This document shows, piece by piece, positions 1-8,858 of a stretch of DNA of 64,000 bases. Source of the stretch: Pseudomonadota bacterium (GTDB taxonomy: Bacteria > Pseudomonadota > Alphaproteobacteria > Sphingomonadales > Sphingomonadaceae). The DNA is taken from positions 2,710 to 66,709 of the forward strand of contig JBCCCM010000012.1 of NCBI GenBank assembly GCA_039033515.1. The letters run 5' to 3'. Made by a program: the position numbers and the translations under genes. The notes under the pieces are model-generated. The model made no database searches. It was not told the origin of the DNA and saw only the letters and a program-made list of their open reading frames with translations. Every line of letters begins with the position of its first letter. The stretch's first letter is position 1.

Positions 1-56
1 AACTTTCGCAACAGCAGGGCTTGTGTGGTCCACGCAGCGGGGCGTTGGAGGCGGAC

Positions 57-833
57 CTAGCCCATGAAGTTGGGCTGGCCGTTGCTGGCGCTCACCCCGC
101 CGTCGACCGCGAGGTTCACGCCGGTGATGAAGCTTGCGTCTTCGCTGGCGAGGAAGGCGCAGGCCGCCGCGATGTCTTCGGGTTCGCCCACGCGCTTGAT
201 GGCCATGCGGTTCATCACCGCCTTCATCGCCTGCTCGTTGCCAAGGATGCCGTCCACCATGTCGGAGCGCGTGACCGAGGGGTTGATCGCGTTGACGCGC
301 ACGCCCATCGCGCCGACTTGCAGCGCGAGACCGCGCGTCAGGTTGGTAACCGCGCCCTTGGACGCGTTGTAGAGCGGCAGCATGGAGTCCCCGCCCGTGC
401 CCGACACGCTCGAAATGGTGATGATCGAGCCTTGCGTCTTGGTCAGCTCAGGAATGGCCGCGCGGCACATATACAGCACGCCTTTGACGTTGATGTCGAT
501 GACGCGGTCGATCTGGTCATCGCTCATCTTGTGCAACAGGCCCTGGTCGGCAACGCCCGCGTTGTTGACCATGCAGTCGAGCCCGCCAAACCGCTCGACC
601 GTTTTGGCGACGATGGCGTTGGCGAAGTCCGACTTCGACACATCGCCCGCGACCACCAGCGTGCGCTCTTCGCCAAGGTCTGCGGCGACCGCGGCGCACT
701 TCTCAGCGTTGCGGGCGTTGATGACGACATTGGCGCCCTCATCGTGGAAGCGCCGCGCGATCCCTTCGCCAATGCCGGTGGAGGAACCGGTGACGATGAT
801 GGTCTTGCCGGCGAAACGGGTGGATTGGGTCAT
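57..833 (-). CDS. SDR family NAD(P)-dependent oxidoreductase
   Basis: TGSSTGIG Rossmann motif, NNAG, YNASK catalytic YxxxK; 258 aa. Confidence 0.93.
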   Translation of the reverse strand: MTQSTRFAGKTIIVTGSSTGIGEGIARRFHDEGANVVINARNAEKCAAVAADLGEERTLVVAGDVSKSDFANAIVAKTVERFGGLDCMVNNAGVADQGLLHKMSDDQIDRVIDINVKGVLYMCRAAIPELTKTQGSIITISSVSGTGGDSMLPLYNASKGAVTNLTRGLALQVGAMGVRVNAINPSVTRSDMVDGILGNEQAMKAVMNRMAIKRVGEPEDIAAACAFLASEDASFITGVNLAVDGGVSASNGQPNFMG

Positions 834-917
834 GTTGGGAGGTGTCCTTGTATGAGCGAGTGCGGGCGCTGTGTGCGCGTTGCCAGGAGAGTGTTGTCAG
901 GAAAATGTATGGGGGCT

Positions 918-943
918 GTAACCGATCCCCGCGTGCGCGCGAA
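918..943 (+). promoter_or_regulatory. ECF sigma factor (Caulobacter SigF / Bradyrhizobium EcfF type) promoter
   Basis: GTAACC (918-923), 16 nt, CGAA (940-943), 57 bp upstream of the thioredoxin ATG; matches the GTAACC-N16-CGAA consensus as I recall it. Confidence 0.65.
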
Positions 944-1000
944 CCCCATGCGTACCGTCGGCTGTGCGCCGATGCCCCCTTATTGGAGTTTGCCTTGCCC

Positions 1001-1402
1001 ATGTTTCGCCTTTTCGCCCTTATCGCCGCTGTCGGTGCGCTGTTCGTCGGCGCCATGCAGCTCTCCGCCGCCGCCGATACCGAGGGCTGGACGACCTACG
1101 ACGCCGCCGACTTCATGATGGCGCAAAAGAAGGGCAAGACGATCGTCGTCGATGTCTACGCCGATTGGTGCCCGACCTGCCGCGCGCAGGCGCCCATCCT
1201 CGATGAACTGCGGGTGGAGAATCAATCGAGCGATGTGCTGTTCGTGAAGGTCAATTACGACGAGGAAAAGGACTTCCTGCGCGCCCATCGCATCCCGCGC
1301 CAATCCACCGTGCTGGTCTTCAAAGGCATGGACGAGACCGCGCGCTCGATTGCGCAGACCGATCGCGCGACCTTGCGCGGTATGGTTCTGGGCGCGCTGT
1401 GA
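1001..1402 (+). CDS. Exported thioredoxin-family protein
   Basis: Signal peptide then VDVYADWCPTC (CxxC); ATG 1001 with GGAG upstream; the ORF-track start at 842 is probably too long. Confidence 0.88.
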   Translation: MFRLFALIAAVGALFVGAMQLSAAADTEGWTTYDAADFMMAQKKGKTIVVDVYADWCPTCRAQAPILDELRVENQSSDVLFVKVNYDEEKDFLRAHRIPRQSTVLVFKGMDETARSIAQTDRATLRGMVLGAL

Positions 1403-1425
1403 GAGCGTTGAACTAGAGCACCATC

Positions 1426-2145
1426 ATGCTCGCCAGCATCGCTCTCGCCTTCGTTGCCGGTCTGGTGACGATCCTCAACCCTTGCGTCTTGCCGTTGGTG
1501 CCGATCCTTGTGGGCTCGGCGCTGGGCAAGGCGCGCAGCGGCCCGTTGGCCCTGGCGGCGGGGCTGGTGACGAGCTTTACGCTGTTCGGCTTTACCGTGA
1601 TCGCCTTTGGCTATTCGCTGGGGATCGATGAACGCCTCGTGCGGATGCTCGCGGGCGGATTGCTGGCGCTGGCCGGTGTCGTGCTGCTCGTGCCGCAAGC
1701 GCAAGCGGCGCTCAGCGCGGCCGCCGCGCCGCTGACCAATGCGGGCAATCGGCAGCTAGAGAGGGTCCGCGCCGACGGCGCGCTGGGACAGTATCTGGTC
1801 GGCCTGCTGCTGGGCCTTGTCTGGGCGCCGTGCGTTGGCCCGACCTTGGGCGTTGCGATCGCCGCCGCCAGCCAGGGCGAGGATTTGGCGAGCGCATTCC
1901 TCATTTTCCTCAGCTTTGGGCTGGGCGTTGCGACCTCGATCCTCGCCTTTGCCTATGGGTCGCGCCGCGCTTTGGGAGAGCGTGGCCGGGCGCTGCGCAC
2001 CCTCGCCCAATACGCCAAGCCGATCTTTGGCGCGGCGCTGCTCGCGGTCGGTCTGATGGTGCTCAGCGGGTTTGACAAGGTGGTCGAAATCGCGCTTCTA
2101 GACGCCCTCCCCGAGAGCCTCGTGCGCTTCACCACGTCGTTTTGA
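1426..2145 (+). CDS. CcdA-type cytochrome c biogenesis / thiol-disulfide transporter
   Basis: LNPCVLPLVP and WAPCVGP motifs, about 6 TM helices. Confidence 0.9.
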   Translation: MLASIALAFVAGLVTILNPCVLPLVPILVGSALGKARSGPLALAAGLVTSFTLFGFTVIAFGYSLGIDERLVRMLAGGLLALAGVVLLVPQAQAALSAAAAPLTNAGNRQLERVRADGALGQYLVGLLLGLVWAPCVGPTLGVAIAAASQGEDLASAFLIFLSFGLGVATSILAFAYGSRRALGERGRALRTLAQYAKPIFGAALLAVGLMVLSGFDKVVEIALLDALPESLVRFTTSF

Positions 2146-2234
2146 GCGCGCTGGCTGTCCACAAAACCCTTTTCACGCTCCCTTTGTCGGCGCACAACGG
2201 CGCCGGGATTGTAGGACTGGGGAGGGACATCGAC

Positions 2235-2642
2235 ATGAGCGCAGACACCACACCGCCGGCAACAGGGCCACGCGTCACCGGATTGGGCGGCGTCTTCTAC
2301 GTCGCCAGCGACCCTGAGGCGACCCGCGCGTGGTATCGCGACACGCTGGGCGTGGACGGCGCCTATGGCCCGCAATTCGCCTGGGCCGAGGATCCCAAGC
2401 AGAACCCCTATTCGCTGATCAGCCATTTCAAGGATGACGCCTATATCAAGCCGGGCCAAGGCGGCTTCATGATCAATCTGCGCGTGGTCGACCTCGACGG
2501 ATTTGTGGCGGGCCTCAAAGACAAAGGCGTCGATATCCTCGACACCGCCGACGAAGGGTACGGCAAATTCGCCTGGCTGCTCGACCCGAACGGCGTGAAA
2601 ATCGAGCTGTGGGAACAGGTCGCCGACCAACTGCCCGAATAG
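2235..2642 (+). CDS. VOC/glyoxalase family protein
   Basis: RVTGLGGVF, MINLRVVDLD, YGKFAWLLDPNGVKIELWE; ATG 2235 after GGAGG. Confidence 0.88.
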   Translation: MSADTTPPATGPRVTGLGGVFYVASDPEATRAWYRDTLGVDGAYGPQFAWAEDPKQNPYSLISHFKDDAYIKPGQGGFMINLRVVDLDGFVAGLKDKGVDILDTADEGYGKFAWLLDPNGVKIELWEQVADQLPE

Positions 2643-2686
2643 GCGGCCCGCCTGAGTCTCGAACCGATTGCGACGCGACGCCCACT

Positions 2687-2705
2687 ATGGTTAACGCCCC
2701 GTTAG
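2687..2705. promoter_or_regulatory. Candidate CtrA-binding site
   Basis: TTAA-N7-TTAG at 2691-2705 (one mismatch to TTAA-N7-TTAA), overlapping a reverse-strand TTAACCAT half-site at 2687-2694. Confidence 0.4.
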
Positions 2706-2754
2706 GCATAGACCGATAAGCTGCGCTGCAAACGCTAGGTAAGGGGCTTTAGGT

Positions 2755-3567
2755 ATGAAACGCCGTTTCGCATCGCATATCGCCCTACGCGTAAGAGGTT
2801 TGGTCGGCCTTGCCGCCGGCGCGATGGCTCTGTCCGCTTGCGGCGGGGTCATCCCCGGCGGCACCGCGCCCTCGCAAAGCCGCGCCGAAAACGAGCGCGT
2901 GCAAGTGGGCACCGGACGCGATTATCCGCGCGCGCGGCGCGAGGGTTCCGCGTCGAGCGACCGCGCTGGATCGAGCCGGCAATCGCTTGGCGTAGGCTCA
3001 TCGCCCTCGGCCTATCTGTCACATCCCGGCGACCGGTCCTGTTTTGCCGATCTGAGCGCATCGGGCGCGCGTTTCAGCCGCGTTCCCGACACGTACGCAG
3101 CGCCCGGTTGCAATAAGCTCGGCACGGTCAAGCTCACTGCACTTTCAGGAGACGCCACGCAGTTCGGCGTCAGCAATCTGGGCGCGGTTAAATGCGAGAC
3201 CGCCAAGACCTTCAGCGCCTGGGCCCGCTTTGGCGTTGACCGGGCCGCGCGCCAGATCCTGGGCAGCCCGCTGGCCCGGATCGAGACCATGGGCAGCTAC
3301 GCGTGCCGCAATGTGCTGGGCACCGGGCGCCGCTCGGCCCATGCGACGGGTAACGCGATCGACGTGTCCGCCTTTATCCTCGCCAACGGCCAGCGCATCT
3401 CGTTGAAAGGTGACTGGGACGAAGGCAGCCGGGCCGAGCGCGAGTTTCTGCGCGTGGTGCACAAAAGCGCCTGCAAGCGCTTTGGCACCGTGCTGGGCCC
3501 GGATTACAACAAAGCGCACGCCGATCACTTTCACCTCGAAGGTTCCGGCAGACAATTCTGCCGCTAA
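2755..3567 (+). CDS. Extensin-like C-terminal domain lipoprotein (M15-like metallopeptidase fold)
   Basis: Lipobox LSAC; GSYACRNV, SAHATGNAIDV and HADHFH motifs. Confidence 0.85.
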   Translation: MKRRFASHIALRVRGLVGLAAGAMALSACGGVIPGGTAPSQSRAENERVQVGTGRDYPRARREGSASSDRAGSSRQSLGVGSSPSAYLSHPGDRSCFADLSASGARFSRVPDTYAAPGCNKLGTVKLTALSGDATQFGVSNLGAVKCETAKTFSAWARFGVDRAARQILGSPLARIETMGSYACRNVLGTGRRSAHATGNAIDVSAFILANGQRISLKGDWDEGSRAEREFLRVVHKSACKRFGTVLGPDYNKAHADHFHLEGSGRQFCR

Positions 3568-3616
3568 GCCGCAGCGCCTGCGCGCGACCTCGCCAACCTT
3601 CTCACAAGAACGCGAA

Positions 3617-3658
3617 GGCCCCGCATCCAAAGCGGGGGCAAGCTTTGGATACGGGGCC
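3617..3658. terminator. 17-bp hairpin between convergent genes (terminator or sRNA 3' end)
   Basis: ggccccgcatccaaagc (3617-3633) and gctttggatacggggcc (3642-3658) pair at 16/17, with an 8-nt loop. Confidence 0.65.
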
Positions 3659-3766
3659 CCGGGTACGCCAACGACCATCTCTTACGAGGCGGTCCGGGCC
3701 AAAGCTTTTTACGTCATCACGCGGGCGGCGTGTCAGTGGGAAGCCGACCGGACGCCGGTGGCGGAT

Positions 3767-4393
3767 TTACGCGCGGATTTCGGGTTCCAGTTTCGCTTCG
3801 AGTTTGAGCCGCACCGCTTCGGCGGCGTGACGCGCGCCCAGCTTGCTCATCATGTTGGCGCGGTGAATTTCGACCGTGCGCGGGCTGATGTCGAGTGCGC
3901 GGGCGATCACTTTGTTGCTGCTGCCTTCGGCGAGCCAATCGAGCACTTCGCGTTCGCGGGTCGACAGGCTGGAGATTCGGTCGCGCGCTTCGATCATGCG
4001 GCGGCGCACCTGCCCGAACATTTCCGCCTCTTTCTCGATGCGCGTCAGACAGCGGGCGAACCGGTCCGGATCGAGCGGCAATGACAGGTAATCCAGAGCG
4101 CCCGCCTTGATCGCGTCCACGATGCGGCCCGGTCGCGGCTGTGTGTCAAAGGCGATCAGCGGCAGCCAGATGCCGAGCCGGCTGAGCCTTTCGAGGATGA
4201 CGGAGACACCGCCCTCCTCCGCAATGTCGCGGGCCACGATGATCCCTTCGCGCGGGGGGTGAACGGAAAGCTCGGACAGATCACCGTACACCTCCGAATG
4301 GTGGCCCAGGGAAAACCCGACCCGCGCAAGCTCGGCGCGATGCCGGCTGGAGGAGTCGATGAAGTGGAGAGAGGATTTGCGTGTCATGGCCAT
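3767..4393 (-). CDS. FixJ/LuxR-type response regulator with atypical receiver domain
   Basis: C-terminal LuxR HTH (LSTREREVL...SNKVIARALDISPRTVEIHRANMMSKL); the receiver lacks the usual DD/D/K signature. Confidence 0.88.
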   Translation of the reverse strand: MAMTRKSSLHFIDSSSRHRAELARVGFSLGHHSEVYGDLSELSVHPPREGIIVARDIAEEGGVSVILERLSRLGIWLPLIAFDTQPRPGRIVDAIKAGALDYLSLPLDPDRFARCLTRIEKEAEMFGQVRRRMIEARDRISSLSTREREVLDWLAEGSSNKVIARALDISPRTVEIHRANMMSKLGARHAAEAVRLKLEAKLEPEIRA

Positions 4394-4552
4394 CGTGTTG
4401 CGACAGCGCCCGCATTAATTCACGCGCGACCCCTTCCGATACGGAGTAATGATTGATAACCTTTGGAATTATCTTCGATAAATCAGAGTGTTACATCGGT
4501 CCGATTTGAACGTGAATTCACCTAAGCCACTCGGTGATACCCCTCAGGCGTT

Positions 4553-5305
4553 TCACTTTAAGGTTAAATCCTTAGCCGGTTCCATTGTGTAGTCGGGTAG
4601 AGAATCAAACGCCGATCTCAGCGCGTCACTCCAGCTTGATGAGATCGCGCTGAAATAGGGATCCTCGGCTGTGACCCGGCGCTGATGCGTGGGCGCAAAA
4701 TCGTCTTTGCCAATCACCATCAGATCGAGCGGCAGCCCCACCGAAAGGTTCGCCTTGAGCGTTGAATCAAACGACACCATCACCAGCTTCACCGCGTCCT
4801 CAAAGCTCATCTCGCGGTCATAGCCGCGGATCAGGATCGGACGGCCATATTTGGTCTCCCCGATCTGGAAGAACGGCGTGTCCCAGCCCGCTTCGATGAA
4901 GTTGCCTTCGGGGTAGATCATGAACAGACGCGGCTCCATCCCGGCGATCTGCCCGGCAAGGATGATCGTGGCCGTGAACCGCTTTGAATTGTTGGCTTTC
5001 TGGACGTCCGCAATGGTCGCGCGCAAAAGCCGCCCGACTTCGGTCGCAACGGTGAACATGGTCGCGCCGTTCAGCAGTGTGGTGTCGCGTTCGTCCGGGC
5101 TTTTGGTGCGCTCTTCAAGTTGGCTGACGACCGCCTGCGTGGTCGCCAGATTGCCTGCGGTCATGATCGCAATCATCCGCTCGCCCGGGACATTCCACGA
5201 GAACATCTTGCGAAAGGTCGAAATGTTGTCGACGCCCGAATTGGTGCGGGTGTCGCTCATCAGGACAAGGCCCTTGTCCACCACCATGCCCACGCAATAC
5301 GTCAT
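4553..5305 (-). CDS. Anbu proteasome-type (Ntn-hydrolase) protease
   Basis: MTYCVG start exposing Thr1, SDTRTNSGVD, QIGETKYGRPIL, SFDSTLKANLSVGLPLD. Confidence 0.93.
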   Translation of the reverse strand: MTYCVGMVVDKGLVLMSDTRTNSGVDNISTFRKMFSWNVPGERMIAIMTAGNLATTQAVVSQLEERTKSPDERDTTLLNGATMFTVATEVGRLLRATIADVQKANNSKRFTATIILAGQIAGMEPRLFMIYPEGNFIEAGWDTPFFQIGETKYGRPILIRGYDREMSFEDAVKLVMVSFDSTLKANLSVGLPLDLMVIGKDDFAPTHQRRVTAEDPYFSAISSSWSDALRSAFDSLPDYTMEPAKDLTLK

Positions 5306-5384
5306 GAAAAATGTCCTCTCGCTAAACTGTCGCGCGCTTTAGTCGAACCAGCCTCGCGCGCCTAGCGATAAAGACGAGCGGGTC

Positions 5385-6275
5385 TTACTGCTGTTTCTGA
5401 CCCTGAACCTGATCGCCCTGCGGCGTGATCGACTCGCCCATCGATTGGCTTTGCGACTGCCCGGCAACGCCCTGTTGCTCAACCTCGACATTGACCGTAA
5501 GCATTTGTTCGGCCTGACCAAAGCTGATCCCGGTGACAGGGGCTGCATCGCGGTAATCGCGGCCTGTGGCCACGCGCACATAGCGCGGATCGGGCGAGAT
5601 ACCGTTGGCGATGTCAAAACCGACCCAGCCCAACTCATCAACATGCGCTTCGGCCCAGGCGTGGCTGGCGTCCTGTTCGACCCGGTCGTTCATCATCAGG
5701 TAGCCGCTGACATAGCGTGCCGGGATATCCACCGCGCGCGCCGCGCCGATAAAGATCTGGGCGTGATCCTGGCACACGCCTTTGCCTGTGGTCAGCGCCT
5801 CTTCGGCGGTGGTGTTCACGCCGCTTGCACCGGTAACGAAGTCGACCTCGTCGCGGATGCGCGCGGACAAAGCGTGCAGATAGTCGAGCCGCGCCTCGTC
5901 ATCGCTGGGCGGCATATCGCGGACCAGCCCGCGCATTTTCACGCCCGGCTTTGTCAGCGGCGTCTGACCAAGAAAGCTCCACAAGGGCAAATGCCCGGAA
6001 TGTCGGCCGATGACCCCAGAATGATCGATAGTCTCGACCATGCCTTGGCTGGTGACGACCACTTCGCTGGAACCCGGTTCGATAGCGATCAGCGTGACCG
6101 TGTTGAAATGCTGGTCATCATATTCAAGCTCGGGATGGGCGTTTTCATAGCTCATATCCCAATGAATAACGCTTTGCCCCTGCGTTGCCTTGGGCGTCAG
6201 GCGCAGGCGTTGCAGAGCGTGAATCACGGGCTCGGAAAAGGCGTAGCGGGTCGCATGGCGGATCTTCAAACGCAT
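5385..6275 (-). CDS. Transglutaminase-like protein (Anbu operon)
   Basis: MRLKIRHATRY N-terminus; triad motifs GVCQDH, HAWAE, GFD; GRDYRDAAP. Confidence 0.92.
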   Translation of the reverse strand: MRLKIRHATRYAFSEPVIHALQRLRLTPKATQGQSVIHWDMSYENAHPELEYDDQHFNTVTLIAIEPGSSEVVVTSQGMVETIDHSGVIGRHSGHLPLWSFLGQTPLTKPGVKMRGLVRDMPPSDDEARLDYLHALSARIRDEVDFVTGASGVNTTAEEALTTGKGVCQDHAQIFIGAARAVDIPARYVSGYLMMNDRVEQDASHAWAEAHVDELGWVGFDIANGISPDPRYVRVATGRDYRDAAPVTGISFGQAEQMLTVNVEVEQQGVAGQSQSQSMGESITPQGDQVQGQKQQ

Positions 6276-6288
6276 CAGTGGGCCACCT

Positions 6289-7233
6289 TTAAGCGAGGAA
6301 CCGGTAGTCTTCGGCAATCGCATCGGCGATCGCGGCGTTGCTCGACATGAATTCGATCAGGAAATCGTGCAGGCCCTGTTCGAAGATTTCGTCGACCGTG
6401 ATGTGGCTCATCTTCATATCGGCCTCGGCCATCAATTCATGGCAGGATCCGCGATCACCGTGCATCCGGGCGAGCGCGGCCAGATTGTCGCGCAGCGCGC
6501 TGCGGCAAAAAGCAAGGCTGCGCGGGAAACGATCATCGAGCACCAGAAACTCAACGATCCCGCGCGCATCGACATGCCCCGCGTTAAGCCAGCCATAAGC
6601 GCTGGCCCCCGCGACCGAGCGCAGCACCTGATCCCATTGGCCGGTGTCGAGGCTGGAGCCGACGTGGGAAAGCGAGGGCAGAAGCAGGAAATACTTCATG
6701 TCGAGAATACGCGCGGTGCTTTCGGCGCGTTCGATATAGGTGCCCGCGCGCGCGAAGTGGAACCCTTCGTTGCGCAGCATCGATCCATCGAGCGAACCGT
6801 GCACCCGCGTGCCCGCGCGGCGAATGGTCTGCACCACATCGCGCACGGCGCTCTGGCTGACGGGCCGCGACAGCATCGGGTCCAGCTTGAGATAGCTTTC
6901 GTTGACCGCCGTCCACACTTCGGACGAGATATTGGTGCGCGCAATCCTCGCGTTGCTGCGCACCAGGCCGAACATTTCGCGGATGCTGGCGGGATTGGCT
7001 TTATCGCGCAGCACGAAATTCCACGCCGCGTTGCCTTCAAACGTGTCGTTCGTTTCCTGATAGAGCGCGCGCGTGCCCAGCGTTGAAATGACCGAGCGCC
7101 ACTCTTCCTCGGCGGTGGCGACATCGCGGGTGATTGCCATGCGCAGCGCCGCTTCGAGCAGGCGCGCGGTGTTTTCGGACCGCTCAAGGTAGCGGAACAT
7201 CCAAAACAGGCCGTTGGCTGTGCGTCCGAGCAT
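6289..7233 (-). CDS. Alpha-E domain protein (DUF403-like)
   Basis: MLGRTANGLFWMFRYLERSENTARLL and second ER motif YIERAESTARILD; FPRSLAFC. Confidence 0.92.
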   Translation of the reverse strand: MLGRTANGLFWMFRYLERSENTARLLEAALRMAITRDVATAEEEWRSVISTLGTRALYQETNDTFEGNAAWNFVLRDKANPASIREMFGLVRSNARIARTNISSEVWTAVNESYLKLDPMLSRPVSQSAVRDVVQTIRRAGTRVHGSLDGSMLRNEGFHFARAGTYIERAESTARILDMKYFLLLPSLSHVGSSLDTGQWDQVLRSVAGASAYGWLNAGHVDARGIVEFLVLDDRFPRSLAFCRSALRDNLAALARMHGDRGSCHELMAEADMKMSHITVDEIFEQGLHDFLIEFMSSNAAIADAIAEDYRFLA

Positions 7234-7245
7234 AGGTATCGCGCG

Positions 7246-8733
7246 CTAGTCCTTTAAAACCCAAGTGTCTTTCGTGCCGCCGCCCTGGCTCGAATTGACC
7301 ACGAGCGAGCCCTTCTTGAGCGCCACGCGGGTCAGGCCGCCGGGCGTCAGGTCAATGCCGTTGGGGCTCATCAGCACATAAGGGCGAAGATCGACATGGC
7401 GCGGGGCCAGACCCTTCTTCGTGTAGATCGGGCAAGTCGACAAAGAGAGCGTGGGCTGCGCGATGTAGTTTTCCGGGCGCGCTTCGAGCTTCGCGCGGAA
7501 CGCCTTGATCTCTTTGCGGCTGGCCGTGGGCCCGATCAGCATGCCGTAGCCGCCTGATCCATGGACTTCCTTGACCACCAGCTCCTCCAGATTGTCGAGC
7601 ACGTAAGCGAGGCTGTCCGGGTCCGCGCAGCGCCAGGTCTCCACGTTGGGCAGCAGCGGTTTCTCGCCGGTGTAAAACTCGACGATTTCCGGCATGAAGG
7701 AGTAGATCGCCTTGTCATCGCAAATGCCCGTGCCCGGCGCGTTGGCGATGGTGATGCCTCCGGCGCGGTAGACATCCATGATGCCCGGAACGCCCAGAAC
7801 ACTGTCGGGATTAAAGGTGAGCGGATCGAGAAATTCGTCGTCGACCCGGCGATAAAGCACGTCGATCGGTTTGTAGCCGCGCGTGGTGCGCATCTGAACG
7901 CGCCCCTCGACGACGCGCAGATCGCTGCCCTCGACCAGTTCCGCGCCCATTTGGTCGGCGAGAAAAGCGTGTTCGAAATAGGCGGAATTGTAGATGCCCG
8001 GCGTCAGCACGGCGACGGTCGGTTTCGCGCCGCCATTGGCGCTGAAGGCGGGCGGCGCGCAGGCCGCGAGACTTCGCGCGAGTCGGCGCGGATAGTTCGA
8101 CACCTGCTCAACCGGAACCTGGCTGAACAGGTCGGGGAACATCGCCATCATCGTCTCACGGTTCTCCAGCATATAGGAGACCCCCGAAGGCGTGCGCGCG
8201 TTGTCTTCGAGGACGAAGAAATCATCGGGCCCCGTGCGCACCAGATCAACGCCGACAATGTGGGTGTAGATGCCGCCCGGCGGCGTAAAGCCGACCATAT
8301 GCGGAAGCCACGCATCGTTCTGACGAAACAGCCGTTCGGGCACGCGCCCTGCGCGGATGATCTCTTGGCGATGGTACAGATCGTGCAGAAACGCGTTGAG
8401 CGCGCGCACGCGCTGTTCGATCCCGCGCGTCAGCTTGCGCCATTCCGCCGCGGTGATGATGCGCGGCACCATGTCGAACGGGATCAGGCGTTCTTCGGCC
8501 TCATCCTCGCCATAGACATTGAAGGTGATCCCGGTGCGGCGAAAGCTTTCATCGGCCTCCGCGCTCTTGCGTTTGAGCGCCGCGCTGTCCTGCTCGTCGA
8601 GCCAGCCGCAATAATCGGCGTAAGCGGGCCGGATAGCGCCGCTCTCGTCGGTCATTTCATCGAAGTTTGCGGAGCTGCCTGCTGCGGTTTCGACCGAAGT
8701 CGCAGCGCCTGATCCCGATTGCCGATTTTGCAT
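7246..8733 (-). CDS. Circularly permuted type 2 ATP-grasp protein
   Basis: VLEDNARTPSGVSYMLENR, RRVDDEFLDP, RHVDLRP, PGGLTRVAL, VVNSSQGGGTKDTWV; start uncertain. Confidence 0.93.
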   Translation of the reverse strand: MQNRQSGSGAATSVETAAGSSANFDEMTDESGAIRPAYADYCGWLDEQDSAALKRKSAEADESFRRTGITFNVYGEDEAEERLIPFDMVPRIITAAEWRKLTRGIEQRVRALNAFLHDLYHRQEIIRAGRVPERLFRQNDAWLPHMVGFTPPGGIYTHIVGVDLVRTGPDDFFVLEDNARTPSGVSYMLENRETMMAMFPDLFSQVPVEQVSNYPRRLARSLAACAPPAFSANGGAKPTVAVLTPGIYNSAYFEHAFLADQMGAELVEGSDLRVVEGRVQMRTTRGYKPIDVLYRRVDDEFLDPLTFNPDSVLGVPGIMDVYRAGGITIANAPGTGICDDKAIYSFMPEIVEFYTGEKPLLPNVETWRCADPDSLAYVLDNLEELVVKEVHGSGGYGMLIGPTASRKEIKAFRAKLEARPENYIAQPTLSLSTCPIYTKKGLAPRHVDLRPYVLMSPNGIDLTPGGLTRVALKKGSLVVNSSQGGGTKDTWVLKD

Positions 8734-8858
8734 ACTGCGCGACACTAACAAGCGTGCGCAAAAATGAAAGCGATCATTACCGCACCCTCTGCGCGGGGCG
8801 AGCCCACCCTCCGCCACGCATTGGCTGCGCGGCGGAAGGTTTGGCCAAAGTCGGCGCG

